A stretch of 64,000 bases of DNA from Flavobacteriaceae bacterium (GCA_040830565.1 JBFOMC010000068.1:610-64609), one strand, 5' to 3'; shown: positions 36,580-47,360, counted from the first letter of the stretch. The notes: a model not told the origin generated them from the letters alone. Translations and numbers: made by a program.

Positions 36580-39500
36580 ATGTCATTGATGATGCACTTT
36601 CACTATTTTTTCTCCTTTAGATCTGTCTTATTTTCTGTTGGTCTCATTTTCCTTTTGACAACTACATCATGTAAAAAAAACGGAGATAAATCTGCCAAAA
36701 ATATGGATAGTGATCCCACAACCAGATTATTCAGAACGGTTGCATCCGACAGCTCCGGTTTAGTATTCGTCAATACCCTGGAAGAGACTTTGGAATCTAA
36801 CTATTATCAATATATGTATACCTATATTGGAGGAGGAGTGGCAGTTGGTGACATCAATAATGATGGTTTGGTTGATCTTTATTTAACCTCTAATTCTTCT
36901 GAAGATAAACTCTATTTAAACCAGGGGGGGTTGTCATTTAAAGATATTACATCCGAGGCCGGCATGAATATAAATGATGGTTTTAACACCGGTGTCACCA
37001 TGGTTGATATCAATAATGATGGACTACTTGATATTTACGTATCAAGAGGAGGTTGGCTAGATGAGGATCAAAAATTTGCAAACCTACTTTACATAAATAA
37101 TGGGGATCTGACTTTTACAGAAAAAGCAAAAGAACTTGGACTTGCAGACGAAAACAGAACAATTCAGGCGACTTTCTTTGACTATGACAACGACAATGAT
37201 CTCGATGTTTACGTCTCTAACACCCCCGATATCACGAGCAGGACGCAGGTGCTTGATTTGGATAAGATTCATAAAGACCCTGAAACCCTGGCACTTAAAG
37301 GCAGTGATCGCCTATATCAAAATGACGGTACCGGACATTTCAAAGATGTTTCTGAGCAGGCCGGTCTGGTCTATGACATCGGCTTTGGCCTAAACCCACA
37401 GGTGGGCGATCTAAATAATGATGGGTGGCTTGATGTCTATGTCTGCAATGATTTTAACTATCCGGACCTGGCCTATATAAATAATGGAAATGGGACTTTC
37501 TCCGAATCTAGAAATGATCTCTTTAAACATATGTCTTTTAACAGTATGGGGAGTGATATGGCCGATATTGATAATGACGGACTTTTAGACCTGATGACCC
37601 TGGACATGAATCCTTCAGACTATGTTCGTTCCAAGACTACCATGGCCATGACGCCAATAGATCAATTTGAACTTATGGTAGACAAAGGGTATCATTATCA
37701 ATACATGCACAATATGCTTCAGGTAAATAATGGGAACGGAACTTTTAGTGAAATAAGTAAAATGGCCGGGATGGCAGATACCGATTGGAGCTGGGCTATT
37801 CTTTCTGCCGATTTTGATCTGGATGGCTATAATGACATTTTTGTAACTAATGGGGTTTACAGAGATGTTATTGACCAGGATAAGAACAATGAGATCTTAC
37901 AAATTTTAAGAGAAAAGGGACGTAAGCCCACTCCGGAGGATTTTCTGAACTATGCCAGAATGCTCCCTCAGCAAAAACTCCATAATTACTTTTTCAGGAA
38001 CAATGGGGATAGCACTTTTGAAGATGCAACCTCCGATTGGACGGATCATCCTCCCACCTTTTCCAACGGCGCAGTATATGCAGATTTAGACAATGATGGG
38101 GATCTGGATGTGGTCATTAACAATATTAATGCAGAAGCTACCTTGCTGGAAAACACCAAAATGAACACCGTTCAAAATGATAACTATCTAAAGGTTAGCC
38201 TGAAAGGCCCTGAAACCAACGTGAATGGTGTGGGTGCCACCGTGAAATTACATTTTGATGAGGATGAGGTTCAGATAAGACAGCTGGTAAACACAAAAGG
38301 ATTTTTATCTTCTATGTCGAATACCCTGCACTTTGGATTAGGAAACAACAGCAAGGTAAAAAAACTAGAAGTTATTTGGCCCGATGGGAAAGTTCAGAAC
38401 CTTACTGATGTTAGTGCTAATGAAAGATTAAGCCTGGACTACCAATTGGCAGAGGGAAAAAACGATTCTCAGAAGGTCAAACAAAATCAAATTTTTGAAA
38501 GACTAAGCTCGGATTATAGACATAAGGACCCCTATTTCAATGATTTCGATATACAAATTTTACTACCGCATAAATTGTCACATTTGGGACCGGCAATAGC
38601 CAAAACAGACCTGAACAAAGACGGTTTTGAAGATGTGTATTTAGGCGGGGGTCATGGGCAGCCGGGACAACTACTTTTTGGAAATGCTGAGGGGTCATTT
38701 ATCTCTGGTTCCACTGCTGTTTTTGAGAACGATAAGGACCATGAGGATGTGGGCGCTACCTTTTTTGATGCTGATGGCGACGGGGACCAGGATCTTTATG
38801 TAGTAAGCGGTAGCTATGAGTTTTATGGCAATCCCAGGCTTTTGGTAGACCGGCTCTATCTCAATCAAGGGAACAATACTTTTGTTAAGGACACAGATGC
38901 ACTTCCTCAGGTAGGAATAGCTGGCTCTGTAGTAAAAGCGGCCGACTATGATAAGGATGGAGATATAGACCTTTTTGTTGGAGGGAGACTAATTACAGGC
39001 AGATACCCGCATCCGGCAAGTAGCGCTTTGCTGATAAACAACAACGGGACCTTCACCATGGGAGCTCCTGAATTTGCACCCGAGCTCGAAGGATTTGGAA
39101 TGGTTACAGACGCCATCTGGACAGACATGAACAATGATGACAAAGTAGATTTGGTTGTCACTGGTGAATGGATGGGTATTCAGATCTTTCTAAATGAAGG
39201 GAACAAACTTGTGAAAAGCCAGTCTCATAAATCTCTTGCAGACACTGTAGGCTGGTGGAATAGACTGTTGATAGATGATATTGACAATGACGGAGACAAG
39301 GACATTGTAGCAGGAAATTTAGGTGTTAACTATAAATTTCACGCTTCTCTGGAAAAACCTTTTGAGGTCTACGCTTCAGATTTTGATTTTAGCGGATCAG
39401 AAGACGTGATCCTTTCTAAGAGCTATAATGGGGTAAAAGTTCCTATTAGGGGGAAAACTTGTATGACCCAACAATTACCTCAATTAGCCCAAAAGATTCC

Positions 39501-39954
39501 CACTTACAAAGAGTTCGCCAACAAAGATATTGAAGGAATTATAGGCGATGGTATTTCGACGGCCTTGCACTATAAAGCAACGGAATTTAGATCCGGGATC
39601 TTTGTTAACAATGGTTCTGATGGATTTTCATTTGAACCCTTTGATAATCATGCACAGAAATCACCGATTAATAGTCTTATTTTTCACGATTTTGATGGAG
39701 ACGGATATAAAGATCTACTCATGGCGGGTAATAATTATCAGTCTGAGGTGGAAACTACGAGAGCGGATGCCGGCATTGGTTCATTTTTAAAAGGAAATGG
39801 TAAAGGAAACTTTGCTCACGTATCGCATTTAACATCAGGTTTTTTTGCCGACAAAGACGTACGTAATATGGTGGTTATAGAGAAAGCCGTAAACCCAATG
39901 CTTCTTGTGGTTAACAATAATGATTCACATGATCTTTTCGCGATAAATAACTAA
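36580..39954 (+). CDS. large FG-GAP/VCBS-repeat lipoprotein with a central UnbV_ASPIC domain (CRTAC1-like)
   Basis: 1124 aa. Lipobox LTTTSC. About 13 FG-GAP-type repeats (VGDINNDGLVDLYLTSN, MVDINNDGLLDIYVSRGG, YADLDNDGDLDVVINN, FFDADGDGDQDLYVVSG, IDDIDNDGDKDIVAGNLG ...). Between repeats 7 and 8 lies an ASPIC/UnbV-like block (NGVGATVKLHFDEDEVQIRQLVNTKGFLSSMSNTLHFGLGNNSKVKKLEVIWPDGKVQ). Confidence 0.85.
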   Translation: MSLMMHFHYFFSFRSVLFSVGLIFLLTTTSCKKNGDKSAKNMDSDPTTRLFRTVASDSSGLVFVNTLEETLESNYYQYMYTYIGGGVAVGDINNDGLVDLYLTSNSSEDKLYLNQGGLSFKDITSEAGMNINDGFNTGVTMVDINNDGLLDIYVSRGGWLDEDQKFANLLYINNGDLTFTEKAKELGLADENRTIQATFFDYDNDNDLDVYVSNTPDITSRTQVLDLDKIHKDPETLALKGSDRLYQNDGTGHFKDVSEQAGLVYDIGFGLNPQVGDLNNDGWLDVYVCNDFNYPDLAYINNGNGTFSESRNDLFKHMSFNSMGSDMADIDNDGLLDLMTLDMNPSDYVRSKTTMAMTPIDQFELMVDKGYHYQYMHNMLQVNNGNGTFSEISKMAGMADTDWSWAILSADFDLDGYNDIFVTNGVYRDVIDQDKNNEILQILREKGRKPTPEDFLNYARMLPQQKLHNYFFRNNGDSTFEDATSDWTDHPPTFSNGAVYADLDNDGDLDVVINNINAEATLLENTKMNTVQNDNYLKVSLKGPETNVNGVGATVKLHFDEDEVQIRQLVNTKGFLSSMSNTLHFGLGNNSKVKKLEVIWPDGKVQNLTDVSANERLSLDYQLAEGKNDSQKVKQNQIFERLSSDYRHKDPYFNDFDIQILLPHKLSHLGPAIAKTDLNKDGFEDVYLGGGHGQPGQLLFGNAEGSFISGSTAVFENDKDHEDVGATFFDADGDGDQDLYVVSGSYEFYGNPRLLVDRLYLNQGNNTFVKDTDALPQVGIAGSVVKAADYDKDGDIDLFVGGRLITGRYPHPASSALLINNNGTFTMGAPEFAPELEGFGMVTDAIWTDMNNDDKVDLVVTGEWMGIQIFLNEGNKLVKSQSHKSLADTVGWWNRLLIDDIDNDGDKDIVAGNLGVNYKFHASLEKPFEVYASDFDFSGSEDVILSKSYNGVKVPIRGKTCMTQQLPQLAQKIPTYKEFANKDIEGIIGDGISTALHYKATEFRSGIFVNNGSDGFSFEPFDNHAQKSPINSLIFHDFDGDGYKDLLMAGNNYQSEVETTRADAGIGSFLKGNGKGNFAHVSHLTSGFFADKDVRNMVVIEKAVNPMLLVVNNNDSHDLFAINN

Positions 39955-39965
39955 GTTCAGCAGTC

Positions 39966-41600
39966 ATGTCATTTAACGCAAAACAGCTATTCAAATTAGG
40001 TCTTATCCTCAATGCTTGTATTTTATCATTTCCAACTTTCGCAAGTTTCCAGCAAGACAGCTCCCAGTCGATAAGAGATTTTGAAAAGGCCAAAGAACTT
40101 AGATATCAAAACCTGGATAGCTCTGCCATATTAATGCAGAAAGCCCACGAAAACTTTCTAAAGGAAGGCGATACCTTGATGGCCATCAACGCCCTGATGG
40201 AAATGCCTTATTTATATGGTCAAGAAGTGAATTACGCCAAATCTTATGACCATTTGTGGCGTGCACTTTTCCTCGCCAGTGATTTGGGAGATGAGACCCT
40301 AAAAGCCTCTATATATGGGAGTTTGGGGAGATTGTATAGTTTTTTTAAAAGAGAAGAAGAAGCTTTTAAATACCTCAAAACTTCCCTGGAAATCAATAAA
40401 GAACTGTTAGAAAAGAAAGTGGTCGGAAAGGGTTCCGTTGCACAGTCTTACTACCTGATTTGTGCCACATACAGAGAACTTGGAGAACCGGAATTAGGGA
40501 AAGTATATCTAGACAGCTGTTTTTTAAATTACGATGCAACATCTGATGAGATAAGCATGCCTTATCTTCAATTTGAAAAGGCATTTGTTTTGTCTAAGGA
40601 ACAAAAGAATCAGGAAGCACTGGAAATACTAGAAGATATTGAATCCTGGTTTCTTGAAAACAGACCCTCCTACCTGGTATTGGTCTATACGTATTGGGGT
40701 GATGTTTATGAGGGAATTTCCAATTATACGGAAAGTGAGAAATACTATCAAAAGGCACTTGCAGTTTCTGAAAAATACAAAAGCCACTTAGATTTTTCTC
40801 CTCTGGTATATGAGAGGTTAGCTGATCTCTATCTGGATCGTGGCAACTATAAAAACGCTTTGGCAAATCTTCAAATGGCCAAGGATTTGGATGCGCAATT
40901 CTTTGATAGTCGAAGTGAACGCAACAGGCCATTACTTGAAATAAAAGATGAGTTTAGAGTAGAGACTGAACGCAGAGAAAAACTCATTCAAAAGCAGCGA
41001 CTTGAACAACTTGAACAGGAAGAAAAAATCTCCATGTTGCAGCGTGTAATTCTTTTAGGGACCTTGGTTTTCCTGCTGATAATAGGAGCTGTTTATATAA
41101 GACATGTTCGGTCTAAACACAGGGCTGAAAAGCAATTCCTGGAGCGAAGCAAGGCATTGGAAATGCAAAAGGCTCAGGAACTCCTGGAACTCAAAAACAA
41201 GGAGTTGGCAGCTTCGGCCTTACAATTGGTAGAGAAGGACGAATTTTTGAAAGAAATAAAGAGCAAGCTAAGAGGAGAGAACGGTAATGTGAAAACTTCA
41301 GAAATTAATCAGGTCCTTAGATCCATTTCCATTAGCAATAGCAATAATTGGGAGGAATTTAAGTTGCGCTTCACCGCGGTGAATGAAAAATTTTATAAAA
41401 AAGTTACGAGTCAATACCCTAATTTGAGTCAGGCCGATCAAAAAATTTGCGCCCTTATCAAATTAAATTTCTCGAGCAAAGAAATGGCAAGGCTCTTAGG
41501 CATCTCTGTAGAATCTGTTCATACTACACGATATCGGTTAAGAAAGAAGATGGGCTTGAAAAGGCAGGTAAATCTTGAAGATTTCATTGCCAACTTGTAG
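39966..41600 (+). CDS. membrane-spanning one-component regulator: periplasmic TPR domain, single TM helix, coiled coil, LuxR-type HTH
   Basis: 544 aa. Signal/anchor (LGLILNACILSFPTFASF). TPR-like repeats through ~residue 320. TM helix VILLGTLVFLLIIGAVYI. C-terminal LuxR/GerE HTH (LSQADQKICALIKLNFSSKEMARLLGISVESVHTTRYRLRKKMGL). Confidence 0.8.
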   Translation: MSFNAKQLFKLGLILNACILSFPTFASFQQDSSQSIRDFEKAKELRYQNLDSSAILMQKAHENFLKEGDTLMAINALMEMPYLYGQEVNYAKSYDHLWRALFLASDLGDETLKASIYGSLGRLYSFFKREEEAFKYLKTSLEINKELLEKKVVGKGSVAQSYYLICATYRELGEPELGKVYLDSCFLNYDATSDEISMPYLQFEKAFVLSKEQKNQEALEILEDIESWFLENRPSYLVLVYTYWGDVYEGISNYTESEKYYQKALAVSEKYKSHLDFSPLVYERLADLYLDRGNYKNALANLQMAKDLDAQFFDSRSERNRPLLEIKDEFRVETERREKLIQKQRLEQLEQEEKISMLQRVILLGTLVFLLIIGAVYIRHVRSKHRAEKQFLERSKALEMQKAQELLELKNKELAASALQLVEKDEFLKEIKSKLRGENGNVKTSEINQVLRSISISNSNNWEEFKLRFTAVNEKFYKKVTSQYPNLSQADQKICALIKLNFSSKEMARLLGISVESVHTTRYRLRKKMGLKRQVNLEDFIANL

Positions 41601-41735
41601 ATTATATTCAGAAAACCCCTTTGTACAGTATTTGTCTAGTTGATCCAAGCAATATCATTTGATAATAACAGTAATTTTAGGGGATAATTGATCGGTCTTG
41701 AAGGCAAGACGGCACTTTGAAATCATCCTATTCCC

Positions 41736-42959
41736 ATGAAAAAATACCACTTAATTGTAATCATTCTAGCACTCATTTATCTTATGACTTCTTGTAACAA
41801 CGGAGCAGAACACAACAGCCCAAAAGATGAACAATCAAACTCGGAGAACGAATTCACGGTTACGGAGGAACAAATAGACCATCTGGGTATTACGAATCCC
41901 AAGTATTTAAGTGCGGCTTCAAAGCGAGCCTTAAAATGGCCTGCAGACCTGGGAAATGAATGGTTCATAGAGTTTAGCAGCCCGCAACCGTTAAAGGGAG
42001 ATTTGGCCTATGAGCGTGGAGTTGTACGCAGAGACCCTAGTGCGATGATCAAAGAAAATGGAAAATACTATGTCTGGTATTCTAAAAGCACTGGAAAAAC
42101 AGATGGTTTTGCTGGCGATGTTGAAAAGGAGAAGGTATTCCCATGGGACAGGTGCGATATCTGGTATGCTACCTCAGAGGATGGAATTACCTGGAAAGAA
42201 GAGGGGATGGCTGTTCCTAGGGGAGAAAAAGGAGCTTATGACGACAGATCAGTCTTTACGGTGGAAATCATGAAGTGGGAGGATAAATATTATTTGTGTT
42301 ATCAGGCGGTTAAATCGCCTTATACGGTCCGCGTAAAAAACACCGTAGGTTTGGCCTGGGCAGATTCTCCTGATGGCCCTTGGACCAAAAGCGAAGAACC
42401 CATTTTACGTCCTGCTGATAACGGCATCTGGAAAGGTGAAGAGCAAAACCGTTTTATGGTCGAAAAGAAAGGAGATTTTGATAGTCACAAGGTACATGAT
42501 CCCTGTATCCTTCCCTACAAAGGCAGGTTCTACCTCTATTACAAAGGAGAACAGATGGGCGAGGAAATTACCTTTGGTGGCCGGCAAATTCGTCATGGAG
42601 TGGCCATAGCAGAAGACCCTAAAGGTCCTTATGTAAAATCACCGTACAATCCCATAAGTAATAGTGGCCATGAAATTTGCGTATGGCCTTATAATGACGG
42701 AATTGCCTCCTTGATTACCACTGACGGTCCTGAAAAAAACACTATACAATGGTCTCCCGATGGTATTAATTTCGAGATAATGTCTTCCATAAAGGGAGCG
42801 GCGCATGCCATCGGATTAAACAGGACTGCGGATAACGAAAAAGAACCGACTGAAATCTTACGTTGGGGCCTGACTCATATCTACAATAATTACGATGAAC
42901 AAAGCATTATGCGTTTTACTTCAAAAAGAAGAACTTCTCATAAAGCCAAAGGTGAATAA
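41736..42959 (+). CDS. GH117 alpha-1,3-(3,6-anhydro)-L-galactosidase (neoagarobiose hydrolase type)
   Basis: 407 aa. Lipoprotein signal (YLMTSC). Long blocks matching what I recall of characterised GH117 enzymes: PLKGDLAYERGVVRRDPSA, KVFPWDRCDIWYATSEDGITWKEEG, GAYDDRSVFT, GDFDSHKVHDPC, RFYLYYKGEQMGE, HGVAIAEDPKGPY, YNPISNSGHEICVWPY, LITTDGPEKNTIQWSPDGINFEIMS. Confidence 0.92.
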   Translation: MKKYHLIVIILALIYLMTSCNNGAEHNSPKDEQSNSENEFTVTEEQIDHLGITNPKYLSAASKRALKWPADLGNEWFIEFSSPQPLKGDLAYERGVVRRDPSAMIKENGKYYVWYSKSTGKTDGFAGDVEKEKVFPWDRCDIWYATSEDGITWKEEGMAVPRGEKGAYDDRSVFTVEIMKWEDKYYLCYQAVKSPYTVRVKNTVGLAWADSPDGPWTKSEEPILRPADNGIWKGEEQNRFMVEKKGDFDSHKVHDPCILPYKGRFYLYYKGEQMGEEITFGGRQIRHGVAIAEDPKGPYVKSPYNPISNSGHEICVWPYNDGIASLITTDGPEKNTIQWSPDGINFEIMSSIKGAAHAIGLNRTADNEKEPTEILRWGLTHIYNNYDEQSIMRFTSKRRTSHKAKGE

Positions 42960-42976
42960 TAAGAGCATTAAGAAAA

Positions 42977-43993
42977 ATGAAAGCTACCGTATACCAAGGA
43001 AATAAGACATTTTCTGTAATAGAAAAGGAAATAGAACCACCAGGAAAAGACGAAGTGAGGATAAAGGTTGCCTATACCGGGGTATGTGGTACGGATGTGC
43101 ATATCTATCATGGTATGATGGACAAGCGTGTAAACATCCCGGTGACCATCGGTCATGAAATGTCGGGGGTAATTGACGCAATTGGCGAAACGGTAGACGG
43201 ATTTTCGGTAGGAGAAAAAGTCGTAGTGCGCCCATTGGATGACAGAGGGGTGAAACCCTCAGATAAGGGATTCAATCATATCTGTGAGGACCTCAAGTTT
43301 ATTGGGATAGATAGCCCGGGATCTATGCAGCAATATTGGAATGTACCGGCTTTTACCTTACACAAGTTGGGAGCTGAGACAGATCTGAAATTGGCCGCCT
43401 TAATAGAGCCTTTATCCGTAGCTGTCCATGATGTCAGATTGAGTGGGTTACAGCCAAATGAAACAGCCGTGGTCTTGGGAGGTGGTCCTATAGGATTGTT
43501 GGTTGCTTTGGTCGCTCAGGAAACCGGTGCTAAGGTTATTGTTTCTGAGGTTAATGAAAATAGAATAAAAAAAGCTCAGGAACTTGGATTAAATGCGGTG
43601 AATCCTACCAAAATTGATTTGGTTGAATACGTTATTGAACAGACTGAAGGTCGTAGGGCTGATGTGGTATTTGAGGTAGCCGGCGTACAGGCCGCACTGG
43701 ACGTCATGACCGAAGTTGCCGGTATTCGAGGTCGGATACTTATGGTAGCCATCCATGGACAAAAAAAGGAGGTAGACCTGTTTAAATTCTTCTGGAAGGA
43801 ATTAAAACTTATCGGCGCGAGAGTCTATGAAAAGGAGGATTATGAAAAGTCAATAGCGTTGATCGGTGCAAATGAGTTGCCCTTTGAGGCCATGATCACT
43901 GATGTACAGCCACTAAGCAATATTCAGCAAGTCTTTGAAAGCATTGATAACAACCCTGATGGGATGAAGGTCTTGATGGACTGCCAATTATAG
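42977..43993 (+). CDS. zinc-dependent MDR dehydrogenase; candidate 2-keto-3-deoxy-L-galactonate 5-dehydrogenase
   Basis: 338 aa. GVCGTDVHIYHG ... GHEMSGVI Zn signature, NAD fold VLGGGPIGL. Sits between GH117 and a KduD-like SDR. Confidence 0.7.
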   Translation: MKATVYQGNKTFSVIEKEIEPPGKDEVRIKVAYTGVCGTDVHIYHGMMDKRVNIPVTIGHEMSGVIDAIGETVDGFSVGEKVVVRPLDDRGVKPSDKGFNHICEDLKFIGIDSPGSMQQYWNVPAFTLHKLGAETDLKLAALIEPLSVAVHDVRLSGLQPNETAVVLGGGPIGLLVALVAQETGAKVIVSEVNENRIKKAQELGLNAVNPTKIDLVEYVIEQTEGRRADVVFEVAGVQAALDVMTEVAGIRGRILMVAIHGQKKEVDLFKFFWKELKLIGARVYEKEDYEKSIALIGANELPFEAMITDVQPLSNIQQVFESIDNNPDGMKVLMDCQL

Positions 43994-44020
43994 TACAATA
44001 CAAAAGTAATAGTAGATAAA

Positions 44021-44791
44021 ATGAGCATTTTAGATAAATTTCACCTAAAGGGAAAAACGGCACTTGTAACCGGATGTAAACGTGGAATTGGCAAAGCCAT
44101 GGCTATTGGTCTTGCCGAGGCTGGAGCAGATATTATAGGGGTAAGTGCTTCTCTTGAAACATCTGGGAGTGAAGTAGAAAAAGCGGTTACTGCCTTGGGG
44201 CGAAAGTTTAAGGCGTACAGTTGTGATTTTGGAGATCGGGAAGCCCTATATGCCTTTGTTAAGGCCGTAAAAACTGACTTTCCGGTAATTGATATATTAG
44301 TGAACAACGCCGGAACCATCTTAAGAGCTCCGGCTGTGGAACATTCCGATGAATATTGGGATAAGGTTATTGAGGTTAACCAGACGGCTCAATTTGTGCT
44401 CACAAGGGAACTTGGCAAAGACATGGTGAAAAGAGGAAAGGGAAAGATTGTTTTTACCGCCTCGTTGTTAACGTTTCAGGGGGGAATTACCGTGCCGGGA
44501 TATGCTGCCAGTAAAGGAGCGATTGGGCAAATGACCATGGCCTTTGCCAATGAATGGGCTGGGCTGGGAGTTAATGTCAATGCCATTGCGCCTGGTTATA
44601 TAAGCACAGATAATACTGAAGCATTGCGAAACAATCCGGAACGTAATGACGCCATTTTGGCAAGGATTCCGGCCGGCAGATGGGGAGATCCTGATGATTT
44701 TAAGGGCCCAATAGTATTTCTTTGCTCCGAGGCTTCGAACTATATGAACGGTACTACTATGTTGGTAGACGGTGGGTGGATGGGCCGCTAG
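44021..44791 (+). CDS. kduD: KduD-like short-chain dehydrogenase (2-dehydro-3-deoxy-D-gluconate 5-dehydrogenase family)
   Basis: 256 aa. Near-collinear with my memory of E. coli KduD: LKGKTALVTGCKRGIGKAMAIGLAEAGADIIGV, ILVNNAG, SLLTFQGGITVPGYAASKGA, NVNAIAPGYISTDNT, RIPAGRWGDPDDFKGPIVFLCS, VDGGWM. Confidence 0.85.
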   Translation: MSILDKFHLKGKTALVTGCKRGIGKAMAIGLAEAGADIIGVSASLETSGSEVEKAVTALGRKFKAYSCDFGDREALYAFVKAVKTDFPVIDILVNNAGTILRAPAVEHSDEYWDKVIEVNQTAQFVLTRELGKDMVKRGKGKIVFTASLLTFQGGITVPGYAASKGAIGQMTMAFANEWAGLGVNVNAIAPGYISTDNTEALRNNPERNDAILARIPAGRWGDPDDFKGPIVFLCSEASNYMNGTTMLVDGGWMGR

Positions 44792-44813
44792 CTAAAAAAA
44801 TAAATCAAAAGAC

Positions 44814-46268
44814 ATGTCTGAGATTAAAGAATACCAATTGTTTATTGCTGGAAAATGGATACCCTCCGCATCAGGAGAGACTATAGATGTTGTAAACCCT
44901 TCAACGGAAGAAGTAGTAGCAAGGGTTCAGAATGGCACGGTAGAAGAGGCTCAAATGGCCCTGGAGGTTGCAGATAAAGCGCAGAAGTCTTGGAAGAAGA
45001 TGCCCGCACGTAAACGTGCAGAATACCTTTATGCCCTGGCCAATGAGATCAAGGAAAGTTCGGATTATTTGGCTGAGCTCTTAGTGAAAGAACAAGGCAA
45101 GCTTCTTAAAGTGGCCAGAATGGAAGTTGCGGTTACGGCTTCATTTATTGAGTACGCCTGCGAGGGCGCACGTCGCATAGAAGGAGATATCATACCTTCA
45201 GACAATCCCAATGAGCAAATATGGATCCAGAAGATCCCACGAGGAGTAGTAGTCGGAATTACCGCCTGGAATTTTCCGCTTGCCCTTGCCGGAAGGAAAT
45301 TGGGCCCTGCCCTGGTGGCCGGAAACACTATGGTACTCAAGCCGACATCGGAAACACCTTTAGCCACATTAGAATTGGGAAATCTAGCCAAAAAGGCTGG
45401 TATTCCCGATGGGATTTTAAATATCCTTACGGGTCCCGGAAGGGCAATGGGCACTGCTTTGGTGGAAAGTCCGATCACCAAAATGGTGACCATGACAGGC
45501 TCCACTCCGGTTGGACAACAAATTGCCAAGACAGCAGCAAAGAATTTGACTCATGTGCAACTAGAACTGGGAGGCAAGGCTCCATTTATAGTTTTTGAAG
45601 ATGCTGATATTGATGCAGCAGTAGACGCGGCCCTGCATTCACGTTTTGATAATTGCGGGCAGGTTTGTACTTGCAATGAACGGATGTATGTGCACCAGGA
45701 CATCTACGATACGTTCATGGAAAAGTTCATCGTCAAAACCAAAGCACTCAAAGTTGGCGATCCCATGTTAGAGGAAACAGATATGGGCCCCAAAGTAAAT
45801 GCTGCTGAGTTACAAAACATGGAGCATTTGGTGGAAGTGAGTCTAAAAGAAGGAGCCACCATAGCAACCGGAGGAAAACGTCCTGAGGGTAGTCAGTTTG
45901 AAAAAGGCTTTTGGTTTGAGCCCACAGTTTTAACCGATGTTACCCAAGATATGACTGTGGTGCATGAAGAGTCTTTCGGCCCGATCCTTCCAGTCTTAAA
46001 GTTCAAAACTTTTGATGAGGTTATTGGCTACGCAAACGATTGTGAATACGGTCTGGCAGCCATGGTGTTTACCAATGATATGAACACCATCATGAAATGC
46101 AATGATGAGTTGGAATATGGAGAGATCTACGTAAATCGAGGTCATGGCGAACAGCACCAGGGATTTCACAACGGGTACAAACTAAGTGGCTCCGGTGGTG
46201 AAGATGGCAAATACGGCTTTGAACAATACCTGGAAAAGAAAACATTTTATATCAGACACAAAGCATAA
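44814..46268 (+). CDS. AldA-like NAD+ aldehyde dehydrogenase; candidate 3,6-anhydro-L-galactose dehydrogenase
   Basis: 484 aa. [27 protein letters not shown] (catalytic Cys), EESFGP, YINR-type C-terminus ([24 protein letters not shown]). Confidence 0.8.
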   Translation: MSEIKEYQLFIAGKWIPSASGETIDVVNPSTEEVVARVQNGTVEEAQMALEVADKAQKSWKKMPARKRAEYLYALANEIKESSDYLAELLVKEQGKLLKVARMEVAVTASFIEYACEGARRIEGDIIPSDNPNEQIWIQKIPRGVVVGITAWNFPLALAGRKLGPALVAGNTMVLKPTSETPLATLELGNLAKKAGIPDGILNILTGPGRAMGTALVESPITKMVTMTGSTPVGQQIAKTAAKNLTHVQLELGGKAPFIVFEDADIDAAVDAALHSRFDNCGQVCTCNERMYVHQDIYDTFMEKFIVKTKALKVGDPMLEETDMGPKVNAAELQNMEHLVEVSLKEGATIATGGKRPEGSQFEKGFWFEPTVLTDVTQDMTVVHEESFGPILPVLKFKTFDEVIGYANDCEYGLAAMVFTNDMNTIMKCNDELEYGEIYVNRGHGEQHQGFHNGYKLSGSGGEDGKYGFEQYLEKKTFYIRHKA

Positions 46269-47360
46269 ATGGGTTCACAGATTAAGACGATTAACTCTAA
46301 CTTGTTCCGAGTGCCCTTACCTGAGGTAATGAACGATGCCAGGCACGGGGATCATACACATTTTGAACTGGTTACCACCACCATTACCCTGGAAAATGGC
46401 ACTCATGGAACCGGGTATACCTATACCGGAGGTAAGGGTGGACGTGCCATAAAAGCTATAATAGACTATGATATGGCTCCTGCTTTGATAGGACAAGATG
46501 GGGAAGATGTAGATGCAATCTATGACTTTATGGAATGGCATATGCACTACGTAGGTCGGGGAGGAATTGTGGCCTTTGCGGTGTCTACCATAGATATTGC
46601 GCTTTGGGACCTGAAAGGTAAAAGGGAAGGAAAACCTCTTTGGCAGTTGGCAGGAGGTAATGGAAATACTTGCAAAGCCTATTGCGGAGGAATCGATTTG
46701 CAATTTCCTATTCCGAAGCTCCTGAAAAATATGGAGGGATATTTGAAGGCTGGGTTCAACGCGGTAAAAATAAAGATTGGTCGTGAGAAGCTCGAAGAGG
46801 ATATTGAACGCATCAAAGCGGTCCGGGAATTTATCGGGTCTGAGATAAGCTTTATGGTAGATGCAAATTACTCCATGAGTGTGCAAAAAGCTATTGATGC
46901 CATTGAGAGGTTCAGGCAATATGATATTACATGGTTCGAAGAACCAATAATTCCAGACAACTACAAAGGATACGCGCAAATTGTAGATGCGACGGGATTT
47001 CCCCTCGCCATGGGAGAAAATCTCCATACCATTCACGAGTTTGAATATGCGGTAGAGCAGGCTAAACTATCATATTTACAGCCCGACGCGTCTAATTGCG
47101 GTGGGATCACGGGATGGTTAAGAGCTGCCCAATTGGCCAATGATCATCAAATTCCGGCCTGTTCGCATGGAATGCAGGAACTTCATGTGAGCCTGGTTTC
47201 CGCTCAACCGAATGCGGGCTGGTTAGAAGTACATAGCTTTCCCATAGATCAATACACCAAACGGCCCCTGGTAGTGGAAAATCATAGAGCCGTGGCTCCC
47301 GATATGCCAGGGATAGGAGTCGAATTTGATTGGCAAAAGCTAGAGAGTTACAGGACGTAA
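46269..47360 (+). CDS. enolase-superfamily enzyme; candidate 3,6-anhydro-L-galactonate cycloisomerase
   Basis: 363 aa. Starts directly after the upstream stop. [32 protein letters not shown] blocks. Confidence 0.8.
   Translation: MGSQIKTINSNLFRVPLPEVMNDARHGDHTHFELVTTTITLENGTHGTGYTYTGGKGGRAIKAIIDYDMAPALIGQDGEDVDAIYDFMEWHMHYVGRGGIVAFAVSTIDIALWDLKGKREGKPLWQLAGGNGNTCKAYCGGIDLQFPIPKLLKNMEGYLKAGFNAVKIKIGREKLEEDIERIKAVREFIGSEISFMVDANYSMSVQKAIDAIERFRQYDITWFEEPIIPDNYKGYAQIVDATGFPLAMGENLHTIHEFEYAVEQAKLSYLQPDASNCGGITGWLRAAQLANDHQIPACSHGMQELHVSLVSAQPNAGWLEVHSFPIDQYTKRPLVVENHRAVAPDMPGIGVEFDWQKLESYRT

Noticed and set aside
45065-45598. 154-aa antisense ORF and 125-aa alternative-frame ORF within the AldA-like dehydrogenase gene.
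   Set aside because: Both overlap a highly conserved ALDH frame. Their composition (Pro/Gly/Ser/Arg-rich) is typical of off-frame translation.
46317-47036. 239-aa antisense ORF inside the enolase-family gene.
   Set aside because: The opposite strand encodes a complete, motif-rich enolase-superfamily protein. The antisense product has no recognisable domains and looks like a shadow ORF.
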